A stretch of DNA of 45,686 bases, taken from assembly GCA_964549075.1 (NCBI GenBank), contig CAZJUB010000012.1:1-45686 (forward strand), in the 5' to 3' direction. The position numbers and the translations under genes were made by a program. This document shows, piece by piece, positions 18,802 through 27,879 of the stretch. The notes beneath the pieces are model-generated. The model had not been told where the DNA came from, did not search any database, and saw only the letters and a program-made list of their open reading frames with translations. The stretch comes from an uncultured archaeon. Its GTDB lineage: Archaea; Asgardarchaeota; Heimdallarchaeia; Heimdallarchaeales; Heimdallarchaeaceae. Every line of letters begins with the position of its first letter. The first letter of the stretch is position 1.

Positions 18802-19581
18802 CTATTTTACATTTAGGTACCTTTCCAGGTTCTTTTGAAGAATTTGAGTAACTTCTTCAAGTTCAATACCAGTAGTCAGCGAGATTTTTTCAATAACTTT
18901 AGGAATAACACCAGGAGAACCTATCACTTTCTCATTATCAATTGTATATTTAACATTACCATCTGATTCAGTTAAAATATGATTTATAGGAGCTTCTTTT
19001 AGAACATTAATATGTGGAGAACCAGATAGAATTGATGGATTTATTGTGAAGAAATAACCTCTTTCTATGAATACTCTTCTGATATCTGTTGGACCTGAAT
19101 ACCAATGAATAAGAATATTATGAGAAGGAACGGAATATGAAGTTAGTATTTCTGAAGCTTTTTTTTCTGCACCTTTAAGGTGAAGATTTATTGGTAATTT
19201 TCTTTTTTCTGCAATTTGTAAGAAGAAACGGAAATACTGTTCTTGAAATAAATGTCTCTCTTCATTTTTAATGAAATGATGATCCAAACCAATTTCACCA
19301 ATAACTATTTTATTATTTTTTGCAAATAGTTGTTGGAATTTATCTTTTAATTCCCCACTAAGAGTTTTCTTAGCGTTCCAGGGATGTATTCCAATTCCTG
19401 GAATTATTTTATCATATTTTTTAGTTAACTCAAAAATTGCTTCTGATTCAGAATATTTTGTTGAAACTCCAATAACATAATTTAAACCCATTTCCTCCCA
19501 TAAAATCATCGATTTATCTAATTCAAAGTCTTTTTGGAAGTTTTTGCTTACAAGATGGCAATGTGCGTCATGGAATTTCAT
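18802..19581 (-). CDS. tatD: TatD family nuclease
   Basis: DAHCH, GIHPW, IGEIGLD, LH, IHW, LTESD. Confidence 0.92.
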   Translation of the reverse strand: MKFHDAHCHLVSKNFQKDFELDKSMILWEEMGLNYVIGVSTKYSESEAIFELTKKYDKIIPGIGIHPWNAKKTLSGELKDKFQQLFAKNNKIVIGEIGLDHHFIKNEERHLFQEQYFRFFLQIAEKRKLPINLHLKGAEKKASEILTSYSVPSHNILIHWYSGPTDIRRVFIERGYFFTINPSILSGSPHINVLKEAPINHILTESDGNVKYTIDNEKVIGSPGVIPKVIEKISLTTGIELEEVTQILQKNLERYLNVK

Positions 19582-19632
19582 TAATTAAACTTAAAACACA
19601 TCTTTTATATCTTTTCAGTTCTTTATAGAAGT

Positions 19633-19812
19633 ATGGACAAAGAACTATTACCTCTAGAAGAAAGAGTAAAAATACTCGAACAAGAGGTTGAAAGATTACG
19701 AAGTTTAATTGAATCTCATATTAGGAATCATGGAATAAATCCTCCATTCCATCCTGATAGCCCATTTCAACCAAAACATCCTGATGTGGGACCTCCTAAG
19801 AAGTACAAATAA
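19633..19812 (+). CDS. Small protein (59 aa): coiled coil plus Pro/His-rich tail
   Basis: Not in the ORF track. Hand translation MDKELLPLEERVKILEQEVERLRSLIESHIRNHGINPPFHPDSPFQPKHPDVGPPKKYK. It fills the gap and ends 13 nt before the GTPase gene. Confidence 0.7.
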   Translation: MDKELLPLEERVKILEQEVERLRSLIESHIRNHGINPPFHPDSPFQPKHPDVGPPKKYK

Positions 19813-19825
19813 TTAGTAACTTGAA

Positions 19826-20641
19826 GTGACAAAAATGCCAAAAGACGACTACGATACAATGGTCTATAAGATGATAAAAGAAAGCGATGTCGTTATAGAA
19901 GTAGTAGATGCTCGTTTTCCTAGTTTATCTCGAACCAAGAAATATGAAAATATGGTCCTCAGAGATTCCTCAAAAACTCTAATCATTGCTATGAACAAAG
20001 TTGACCTAGTACCAAGCCATGTAGTTACAAAATGGAAGAAAATTCTTGAAAAAGAGAAAATTACTGTTATTCCTACATCTGCAAGAGAAAGACTCAGTAC
20101 TTCGGTGCTGAGAAATCGAATAATTTCAGCTGTAAAAAAAGAGATTTTTTACATAACATCCTGTTTTATAGGATTGCCAAATACAGGAAAAAGTTCTCTT
20201 ATCAATATCTTGAAAGGAAGATCAAGTGCTCCAGTAGCACCTATTCCTGGATATACTAAAGCGTTACAATTACTTAGGATTACAACGAGATTAAGAATAT
20301 TTGACACTCCTGGTGTCATCCCAGTTAAGCTTTCAATGGCAGATCAAATTTTGCTCGGAGTTGTAAGACCAGAAAGATTAGATGATCCCGTTAAGGCTGC
20401 ATGGTCCCTAGTCAATAGAATAGATGAGATTAATCCAAAAGTACTATCAGAAACTTATGAGATAGAATATGAATCACCACCCGAGTTTCTCGAGAAATTT
20501 GCAGAAAAACGACACAAGAAGAAAAAAGGTGGGGTACTCGATCTAGAAACTGCTGCAAGGGTTCTTCTAGCGGAACATAATAACAAAGCAAGGATTCCAA
20601 TTTGGGAAGATCCAGATTTATATTTAAAGAAAAAAGAATAA
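19826..20641 (+). CDS. Circularly permuted ribosome-biogenesis GTPase (YlqF/RbgA/YawG family)
   Basis: DVVIEVVDARFP, then G4 NKVDL and G5 SAR before G1 GLPNTGKSSLIN, G2 PGYT and G3 DTPG. Confidence 0.93.
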   Translation: MTKMPKDDYDTMVYKMIKESDVVIEVVDARFPSLSRTKKYENMVLRDSSKTLIIAMNKVDLVPSHVVTKWKKILEKEKITVIPTSARERLSTSVLRNRIISAVKKEIFYITSCFIGLPNTGKSSLINILKGRSSAPVAPIPGYTKALQLLRITTRLRIFDTPGVIPVKLSMADQILLGVVRPERLDDPVKAAWSLVNRIDEINPKVLSETYEIEYESPPEFLEKFAEKRHKKKKGGVLDLETAARVLLAEHNNKARIPIWEDPDLYLKKKE

Positions 20642-20649
20642 ACGAATAA

Positions 20650-21750
20650 CTAAATTTTCTTCTTCTTATTTCGAATTTTAAGTATAAAATATAATGCTGT
20701 AATAACAATTATAGCTACAGGTACACCTATGTAAACTCCAATTAGGTTTAATTTTTTAGTGTCACTAACTTCGAAAACTAAACAAGTTTTTCCTATACTT
20801 CCACCTGCAATAAAAACATAATTATTCTTGAATTCAACATCATGAGCGGAAGTTATTCTTGTTCTATATTCAGCTTTTTTACTAATAGAAGGCAGACCAC
20901 TTATATCCAAATATTCAATGCCATAGTTATCTGCAATGTATAAATGTGTTCTATTCCCTTCAATTCCATGAGCTTCTCCTCCATCATCATCAGAATATAT
21001 CCCAAGAACAAGTGGGTTATTAGTTGTAGAAATATCCACAACTATAACATTACTTGAATAACAACTTACTGCAAGTAAATTACTAAAAGTATCAAGTCCT
21101 TTAGCTCCTCTTGTGGATGGTATAATACTAATATAGGTAGGAGATGAGGGGATTGTAACATTCAGAACTACAACACCGGACTCAGGAAATGCAATAAAAG
21201 CAATTCCATCGACAACTATTACATTGTCTGCTCTACCATAAACAGAATAAGATCCTACTTCTACTGGATTAGATAAATTAGTTATATCGACTATGTGTAA
21301 TCCTGTTTCATAACTTGTTACAAAGGCATAATTATCTTCAGTATAAACCGCATTTGAGATTCCCTCTATGTAACATTGGCCCATCTGAAAAGGATTTGAA
21401 GGATCACTTACATTTACAATCTTCAGTCCTTCTCCTCCTGCAGCTAGCAAAACTATATCATTTTCTATGTGTATTCCAAATCCATCCCCTCTATTTAGAA
21501 ATTCTCCTACTACTTTTGGTTTAATTGAATTTTCTATATCAATGATAACAAAACCATCATTTACAGTAACGTAAGCATAATTTCTTTGGATAGTGATTGC
21601 ATATCCAAAACCATAACCTGATACTTTAGCTACTTTGTTGAGATATACACCAGATTGAGCTTTTGAAGTTGTTATACAAGTTAAGAACATGATGAGAAAT
21701 AGAAAAAGCAATAGTTTAGCTCTATTAAAGAGTAATTTAGGTTTTTTCAA
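20650..21750 (-). CDS. LVIVD-repeat beta-propeller surface protein
   Basis: Repeats NYAYV...GFVIIDI, GLKIVNVSDPSNP, GLHIVDITNLSNP. Signal peptide and C-terminal TM with a basic tail. Confidence 0.88.
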   Translation of the reverse strand: MKKPKLLFNRAKLLLFLFLIMFLTCITTSKAQSGVYLNKVAKVSGYGFGYAITIQRNYAYVTVNDGFVIIDIENSIKPKVVGEFLNRGDGFGIHIENDIVLLAAGGEGLKIVNVSDPSNPFQMGQCYIEGISNAVYTEDNYAFVTSYETGLHIVDITNLSNPVEVGSYSVYGRADNVIVVDGIAFIAFPESGVVVLNVTIPSSPTYISIIPSTRGAKGLDTFSNLLAVSCYSSNVIVVDISTTNNPLVLGIYSDDDGGEAHGIEGNRTHLYIADNYGIEYLDISGLPSISKKAEYRTRITSAHDVEFKNNYVFIAGGSIGKTCLVFEVSDTKKLNLIGVYIGVPVAIIVITALYFILKIRNKKKKI

Positions 21751-21832
21751 TGGTTATCAGCTAACAGCTTTCCAAACGTATCTGCACTTATTAATTTTAT
21801 TTATTATAAATAAAAAAGAAATTGAGAAGTAA

Positions 21833-22996
21833 TTATGCTTCTCTTTTCCAACCATACTTGGTTGTATCATAGAAAGGCATTTTAACAACTTGAGCCTTAA
21901 CTTGATTCTTTCTGATTTGAACAAGAACTTCTGTGCCAGGTTCAGCATATCCGATATCAACAAAACCCATACCTATGCCTATATTTCCAATTGTTGGAGA
22001 TCGAACTCCATTTACCATATAACCTATCTTCTCACCTGCTGTATTGAAGATATCATAACCAGCTCTTGGAATCCCTTTTTCAAGTAATTTAATCCCAACA
22101 TGTTTGATTTTGACTCCTTCTTTTTTAGCTTTTAGAAGAGCTTCTTTGCCAAAGTAGAATGGTTCTTTGTCATGTTTACAGAAGATTTTGAAATCATAAC
22201 CTGATTCTACTGGATTGATTTCTTCAGTAATATCTTCACCATACAATGGCAATCCTGCTTCAACTCGAAGTGCGTCACGAGCTCCTAAACCACACAAAGC
22301 AATATTTGTTTCTTTTCCAGCTTCGAGAATAGCATTCCATACTTTGACACCTTTTGCAGGATTCTCTACACTTGAATCAAATATTACTACTTCAAAACCC
22401 ATCTCTCCAGTATATCCTGTACCAGTGAAAAGACATTTGCACCCTTCAATTTCAGCATCAACCATTTTCCATCTTCCTGTATCAGGTACACCTAAGTTAT
22501 CTAAAATTGCTTTATAATTAGGACCCTGAACAGCAAACATGGTTGTTTCTGCAGTCCAATTCTTGAATTCTATAGGTTCACCTGTAAATTCTTCGAAAAT
22601 TTTAACAAATTGACCTATCCATGCGAGTACTTTTTTTGTCTGACTACCGGCATTACATACATTAAAGAATTCAGTTTCACTCTTCTTACCAATAATTGTA
22701 TCGTCTCTGTAACCTGCATTTTCATTGAGATAATAGGTATAACCACACTTCATATCTTCCATAGCAGCTATATCTCTTGGTACAAGCATCTCCATTAATT
22801 TACTGGCATATTTACCTTTTAGGGAATAACGCCCCATATCTGATACTTCAACAATAGAAACATTCTCTCTTGTTTTCATGATCTCATCATCAATACCAGT
22901 GTAAGATTTCGGAAGGTAATAACCAGCAAAATCGAGCATACTTGCTCCAGCTTCTTCGTGTACTTTCCACATTGGAGTTTTAATTAATTCACCCAT
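21833..22996 (-). CDS. gcvT: Glycine cleavage system T protein (aminomethyltransferase)
   Basis: KTP...FAGY, AVQGP, TGYTGEMGFE, GLGARDALRVEAGLPLYG, GIPRAGY, PFY. Confidence 0.95.
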   Translation of the reverse strand: MGELIKTPMWKVHEEAGASMLDFAGYYLPKSYTGIDDEIMKTRENVSIVEVSDMGRYSLKGKYASKLMEMLVPRDIAAMEDMKCGYTYYLNENAGYRDDTIIGKKSETEFFNVCNAGSQTKKVLAWIGQFVKIFEEFTGEPIEFKNWTAETTMFAVQGPNYKAILDNLGVPDTGRWKMVDAEIEGCKCLFTGTGYTGEMGFEVVIFDSSVENPAKGVKVWNAILEAGKETNIALCGLGARDALRVEAGLPLYGEDITEEINPVESGYDFKIFCKHDKEPFYFGKEALLKAKKEGVKIKHVGIKLLEKGIPRAGYDIFNTAGEKIGYMVNGVRSPTIGNIGIGMGFVDIGYAEPGTEVLVQIRKNQVKAQVVKMPFYDTTKYGWKREA

Positions 22997-23230
22997 AATA
23001 ATAACACCTAATTGTTATATTTAACTGAAATTGACTTTTACTTTATAGATAAAAATGTTATCCATTGTAGATATAATTATTATTTTCTCTTTTTTCGATT
23101 TAATAAATTGTTTTTTAAGATTTGTAAGTTTTAAATTTAATAGTTTTAATTATTAAACTTTCAAAGAGAATTATGCTTACAAATTAGGAACAAATAAATA
23201 AAAAAAAAGAAAATAAACTGTATCAAGTTT

Positions 23231-24592
23231 TTAGTAATCTATCTTATACCTTCTTGCTTGCCCTTTATGACTATCAATGAAGATTTTTTCTCCATCAGGA
23301 CTATCAATAAATTCTATAGGCTGTCCAGGCGATGCAAAAGGTGGTTCTTTTGGAGCAATAAATCTATAACCTTTTTCATGTTTGAATATTTGCAAAATTT
23401 CAGTTGGGTCATCTGCTCCAGGTGCAGTTAATACAAGTTTTGGTCCTATTTGACTAAATAATGATGTTCCCCAATCTGATTTATAGATACCGATAATATC
23501 ATTGAAATCAGGCATTTTCTCTTCAGGTTTTAATTTGAGTTTTTCCTTTTCTTTCTCAATATGAGTAAGGATCTTAAAGATCCCCATATTCAAGGTAAGA
23601 GCGGGACCATCTACTGCATTTGTTAATACAATTACTATCGTTTTTTTATCTTGTATAAGTCCAGATCTTGTTATAAAACCAGGATATCCTCCTCCATGTC
23701 CTACTATTTTGATACCTGGTAACTCTGTTATACTAAATCCTAAACCCCAGTTTGTTTTTTCAGCTTTAAATTGAACTCGTTGCATCTCACGTTTAATATA
23801 ATCAGGAAATAGAGTGTTATTGCCAAAAATATGAGCTCTGTAGAATTTAATTAAATCTTCGACTGTACTACTTAAACCTGTAGCAGAATCCATAATCTTT
23901 GCAGGAACATGTTCAAAAGGTTCCCTTTCTTGGTTTGGATATTTTATTTTGTATCCTGTTGCATGTCGTGAACGATTAGTATCATTGATATCAATTATAG
24001 TATTTTGCATATCAAGTGGATTTAATATCTCTTTTCTAATATAATCAGCATAGTTCTCTCCTGAAGCAGCTTCAATAACTTGACCTAGAAGTGTATAACC
24101 AAAATTAGAATATTTTAAAACCTCACTAGTTTGAAAGAAACTTATTCCTTGTTCAACTTGAGATTTAATTTCTTCAATAGATGGAAACTTGTGATTATAC
24201 CAATGTCCTGTAGTTCCATCTCGTGTCATCCCACTTGAATGAGTTAGTAAATGACGAATTCTAATGTGTTCTAAATTCTCATCTTTTTCCGAAGCAAACC
24301 ATGGGAGAAATTTAGATACTTTATCATCTATGGAAAGTTTTTCCTCATGATATAACTTCATAATAGCTGTGGCAGTGAATAATTTAGAATGTGACGCAAT
24401 TCTGAATAAATGACTTTCATTGAGTTTTTCTTTTTTTTCTAAATTAGCATATCCATACTCTTTTTTGAATATAATTTCATCTTCCACAAAAATTCCAACG
24501 GCTACTCCTGGAATCTCTTTCATATATGTTTGAAAATCAAGCCAATTGTCTATGAGATGGATAGTTTGTTTAAACAACTTCTTTCTATGCAT
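23231..24592 (-). CDS. Serine hydrolase, beta-lactamase/AmpC-like peptidase (S12) family
   Basis: FRIASHSK (SxxK), LLTHSSG, YSNFGY, GHGG. Confidence 0.9.
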   Translation of the reverse strand: MHRKKLFKQTIHLIDNWLDFQTYMKEIPGVAVGIFVEDEIIFKKEYGYANLEKKEKLNESHLFRIASHSKLFTATAIMKLYHEEKLSIDDKVSKFLPWFASEKDENLEHIRIRHLLTHSSGMTRDGTTGHWYNHKFPSIEEIKSQVEQGISFFQTSEVLKYSNFGYTLLGQVIEAASGENYADYIRKEILNPLDMQNTIIDINDTNRSRHATGYKIKYPNQEREPFEHVPAKIMDSATGLSSTVEDLIKFYRAHIFGNNTLFPDYIKREMQRVQFKAEKTNWGLGFSITELPGIKIVGHGGGYPGFITRSGLIQDKKTIVIVLTNAVDGPALTLNMGIFKILTHIEKEKEKLKLKPEEKMPDFNDIIGIYKSDWGTSLFSQIGPKLVLTAPGADDPTEILQIFKHEKGYRFIAPKEPPFASPGQPIEFIDSPDGEKIFIDSHKGQARRYKIDY

Positions 24593-24689
24593 ATCAGTAA
24601 AATTCTAAGAGTCTTAAAAACTGTTTTTATCCAAGGAATTTTTACTCTAAAAGTTTAAGACAGTATTTGTTTATATTTATTTGTTTAAT

Positions 24690-26342
24690 ATGGAATTAAT
24701 TAACAAAATTGTATTTTTTCTAATAATTTCAGCTAATTTTGCAATTTATGTACCAAGTATACAACCAGATGAGTTTTCAGAAGCTTCTCTATCAGAATAC
24801 CCTCTTACTGGTGATTCTGAATTTTTATCATTAGATGAAACACAAAGCGCATGGATTATCCTAGCTGGTGATACAGAAGACCATGCAGACACAGAAGCAA
24901 TGAGATATGGTTGTAATAAAACCTATGAGATTTTAAGAGCTAAAGGATTTCCTTCTGAAAAAATATTCTATATGGGTCCAGCTGTAGATCCTATAGAACA
25001 ACCTTATGTTAACACTTCTTCCACAAAAATAAATTTGCAATGGGCTGTTGAAGAGTGGGCACCTTTACATGTAAACTCGTCCCAAAGTCTTGGTATTTAT
25101 ATACTCTCTCATGGTGCTATTAATGCTCTTGCAGTTATGGTAGCTGATTCTTTAAAAGATTATAATTTAAACTCTTATTTGAATAATTTCGAAGCTACTA
25201 CCGGTTGTAATAGAATATTTATTGTTATTGAAGGATGTCATTCTGGTTCTTTTATTGATGTATTAAGCAAAGAAAATAGGATAATTGTTACATCAACTGA
25301 TACTTATCATGGTGCAGCTTTTAATGCACTTCGAAACTGGGGTGCATTTTCAGAAAAGTTTTGGACTTCTATTGTATCTTGTAGAACTATAGGTGAAGCT
25401 TTTGATGCAGGAGTAGACCATGTACATGCACTAGGTAAGAATCAATATCCAAAACTTGACGATAATCATGATGGGGTAGGTCAAACTCCTTATCCAAATG
25501 ATGATTTACCAACAGGCTCAGAGGGATGGGATGCATATGAAACTAAGATACAGTATAAACCACTTAGTTGTCCTTCTATAATTGAAATATTGAAAGTTCC
25601 TCTTCACATTTTTGAGACTTATGATCCATTTACCTGTTCAGCAGTTCTTGAAGTTGAAATTGAAAATCCTGCATTAGTAGATAGCGTTTACGCAAGATTT
25701 ACACCAATAGATTGGGAGCCCTATGATCCATTGAATGGATTAATGTTTCCAATAAATGACAATGAAACAAAAATGATTGAACTTGAGAGTCCTACTATGA
25801 ATGGTATTTTTATGGGAGATGTAGCTTTTGATGGACTTACTTTAGGTGATACATTCAAGGTGAATATTCTTGCTTATGATACAAATGGGTATGTGGCAGA
25901 TATAGTTTCAACCTATCTTACTTTCAATACAGAAGGAGCAGCACCATTTGACAATGAACCTCCATCGGTTTTTATAATCAATCCAGATTCAAATGATGTG
26001 GTTAAAAATATAATTGAGGTCGTAGTAAAAGGAGACGATAATCAAAAATTAGAGAATATTGATTTATATTTGGATAACTCCTTGCTGAAAAGTATACCAA
26101 TGCCAAGTTATTATCCATATCCTGACTTAAAATTTGAATGCGATACAACAGTATATACAGAGGGCATTCATAATTTTACAGCTGTTGCAACAGATCATCA
26201 AGGATTAACAAATCAAACATCTATCTTAATTACTTTTGAAAATGAAACTGCTAGAGAAACAGCTAGTTTTTCAATTCTCTTTACAATTAGTTTAATTTTT
26301 GTTCTTGATATATTTGTAAAAAGAAAAAATCAGAAAAAATAA
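24690..26342 (+). CDS. Secreted, membrane-anchored C13 (legumain/GPI8-like, caspase-fold) cysteine peptidase with an Ig-like domain
   Basis: AWIILAG, ILSHG (His), IEGCHSGSF (Cys), RIIVTST. DNEPPSV...LYLDN...HNFTAVATD Ig domain. Signal peptide and C-terminal TM followed by KRKNQKK. Confidence 0.8.
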   Translation: MELINKIVFFLIISANFAIYVPSIQPDEFSEASLSEYPLTGDSEFLSLDETQSAWIILAGDTEDHADTEAMRYGCNKTYEILRAKGFPSEKIFYMGPAVDPIEQPYVNTSSTKINLQWAVEEWAPLHVNSSQSLGIYILSHGAINALAVMVADSLKDYNLNSYLNNFEATTGCNRIFIVIEGCHSGSFIDVLSKENRIIVTSTDTYHGAAFNALRNWGAFSEKFWTSIVSCRTIGEAFDAGVDHVHALGKNQYPKLDDNHDGVGQTPYPNDDLPTGSEGWDAYETKIQYKPLSCPSIIEILKVPLHIFETYDPFTCSAVLEVEIENPALVDSVYARFTPIDWEPYDPLNGLMFPINDNETKMIELESPTMNGIFMGDVAFDGLTLGDTFKVNILAYDTNGYVADIVSTYLTFNTEGAAPFDNEPPSVFIINPDSNDVVKNIIEVVVKGDDNQKLENIDLYLDNSLLKSIPMPSYYPYPDLKFECDTTVYTEGIHNFTAVATDHQGLTNQTSILITFENETARETASFSILFTISLIFVLDIFVKRKNQKK

Positions 26343-26367
26343 CAAGAAAGAGCTATATTCTTTCTTG
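26343..26367. terminator. Bidirectional stem-loop between convergent genes
   Basis: CAAGAAAGA(26343-26351)/TCTTTCTTG(26359-26367) 9-bp stem. Confidence 0.5.
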
Positions 26368-26369
26368 AA

Positions 26370-27743
26370 CTATCTCAAGAGTCTTCTTGCAACCATTTCT
26401 AGTGCTTGTGTAACGGGATAAATGGTTTCATTAATCGCTGGTGCATAACATAGATCCGCTTCTAAAAGCTCTTTGTATGTCATACAACTTTGCATAGCAA
26501 TTGCTGCGATGTTAAGATTATCTGTAACGTTATGATATCCTATACATTGGGCTCCAACAATTTTTCCAGTTTCTTTTAGAACTAGAATTTTAAAATAGAT
26601 ATCACGAGCATCAGGCATATACTGAGGTTTATCTTTTGTTCTTGCTTTTACTGCTAGAACATTACCTTTCCCATATTTTTCTTCTGCTGTAACTATATTA
26701 TATCCAACAGAGCCTACATTTAGTTCTAAAAATGGAACAATAAAGTTATTGAGAGTACCTGGAAATTTAATCTCACCTGGCTTAGCTAAAGTCATTGCTG
26801 CAACCCTACCCATTCTTACAGCGCAAGTAGCTAACATGGATGAAATAGGATCTCCTCTTATTAAATCAACAGTTTCAGTGCAATCTCCTATCGCAAGTAT
26901 ATCAGGATCTGAAGTAATTAGATATTCATTAACTTTTATTCCCCCTGTTTCTCCTATTTCTAAACCTGCTTCTCTTGCAAGGGTAGTTTCAGCTTTCACA
27001 CCTGCTGCAGTGAAAACAAAGTCAGTTTCTAGAACTTCATCTTCTGTAGTAATTACTTGAGTAGCCATTCCATTTTCATCAAGTACTATTTCCTTGGCAT
27101 TAACACCAACTTTGATATCTAAGTGTTCAGGATGATTTTCCTTAAGTAAGTCAACAATTATTTGACTGAAATCTGGATCCATTGCTCTTCTTAATACTCT
27201 TGAACGAACGAGAATAGTTACATCAATTCCTCTGTCAGCTAATTCGCATCCGACTTCAAGAGAGATAGCTGAAGCACCAACAATAACAACTTTTTTCGAG
27301 TGTTCAGCAGCTTTTCTGATTCTTTCTGCATCTTCTAACCATTTAAGGGAAAAGACGTTTTTACCTTCTTTTGCACCTGGAATGGGTGGTTTAGTCGGAA
27401 AAGAGCCAGTAGCTAATATTATCTTATCATATTCTCTTTCAAATCTCTCATCAGTATCAAGATTTCTGACTAATACCTTTTTGTTTTCACGATCTATTTT
27501 TTCTACTAAATGTCTGTGTAGATGCTGTACATTCATTTTTTCGTAAGGAATATCTTCACAAATGGCTTCTTCATTACCTTCATCACAGAATTTTCCTCCA
27601 ATAACGTAAGGAGTAGCACAAGGATGATATAAATCAATAACTTTGGTGTCAATATTTGTAATTTCTGCTTTCCTATCCCAAACTCTTAATGTACAGGATG
27701 CAGTCATCCCACCTGGACCGTGACCAATAATAATAACTTTCAT
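26370..27743 (-). CDS. FAD-dependent CoA-disulfide reductase / NADH oxidase family
   Basis: IIGHGPGG, single redox Cys HPCATPY, YDKIILATG, VIVGAS, AIGDC, C-terminal CYAP. Confidence 0.9.
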   Translation of the reverse strand: MKVIIIGHGPGGMTASCTLRVWDRKAEITNIDTKVIDLYHPCATPYVIGGKFCDEGNEEAICEDIPYEKMNVQHLHRHLVEKIDRENKKVLVRNLDTDERFEREYDKIILATGSFPTKPPIPGAKEGKNVFSLKWLEDAERIRKAAEHSKKVVIVGASAISLEVGCELADRGIDVTILVRSRVLRRAMDPDFSQIIVDLLKENHPEHLDIKVGVNAKEIVLDENGMATQVITTEDEVLETDFVFTAAGVKAETTLAREAGLEIGETGGIKVNEYLITSDPDILAIGDCTETVDLIRGDPISSMLATCAVRMGRVAAMTLAKPGEIKFPGTLNNFIVPFLELNVGSVGYNIVTAEEKYGKGNVLAVKARTKDKPQYMPDARDIYFKILVLKETGKIVGAQCIGYHNVTDNLNIAAIAMQSCMTYKELLEADLCYAPAINETIYPVTQALEMVARRLLR

Positions 27744-27879
27744 GGACGAAGAAAGTTGCTATTTCTTTATTAAAGTTATGAATAAGTCACAAATCTTTTG
27801 GTATTTTAATTTAAATCTAGAGAGTAAAATTTTTGATATCCTAATTTTGTGTATTCATATATGGAAGAGTGACGATAAA

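Noticed and set aside
27742-27879. N-terminal extension of HutU in the ORF track
   Set aside because: It spans the AT-rich divergent promoter region and overlaps the neighbouring start codon. The ATG at 27880 or later is more plausible.
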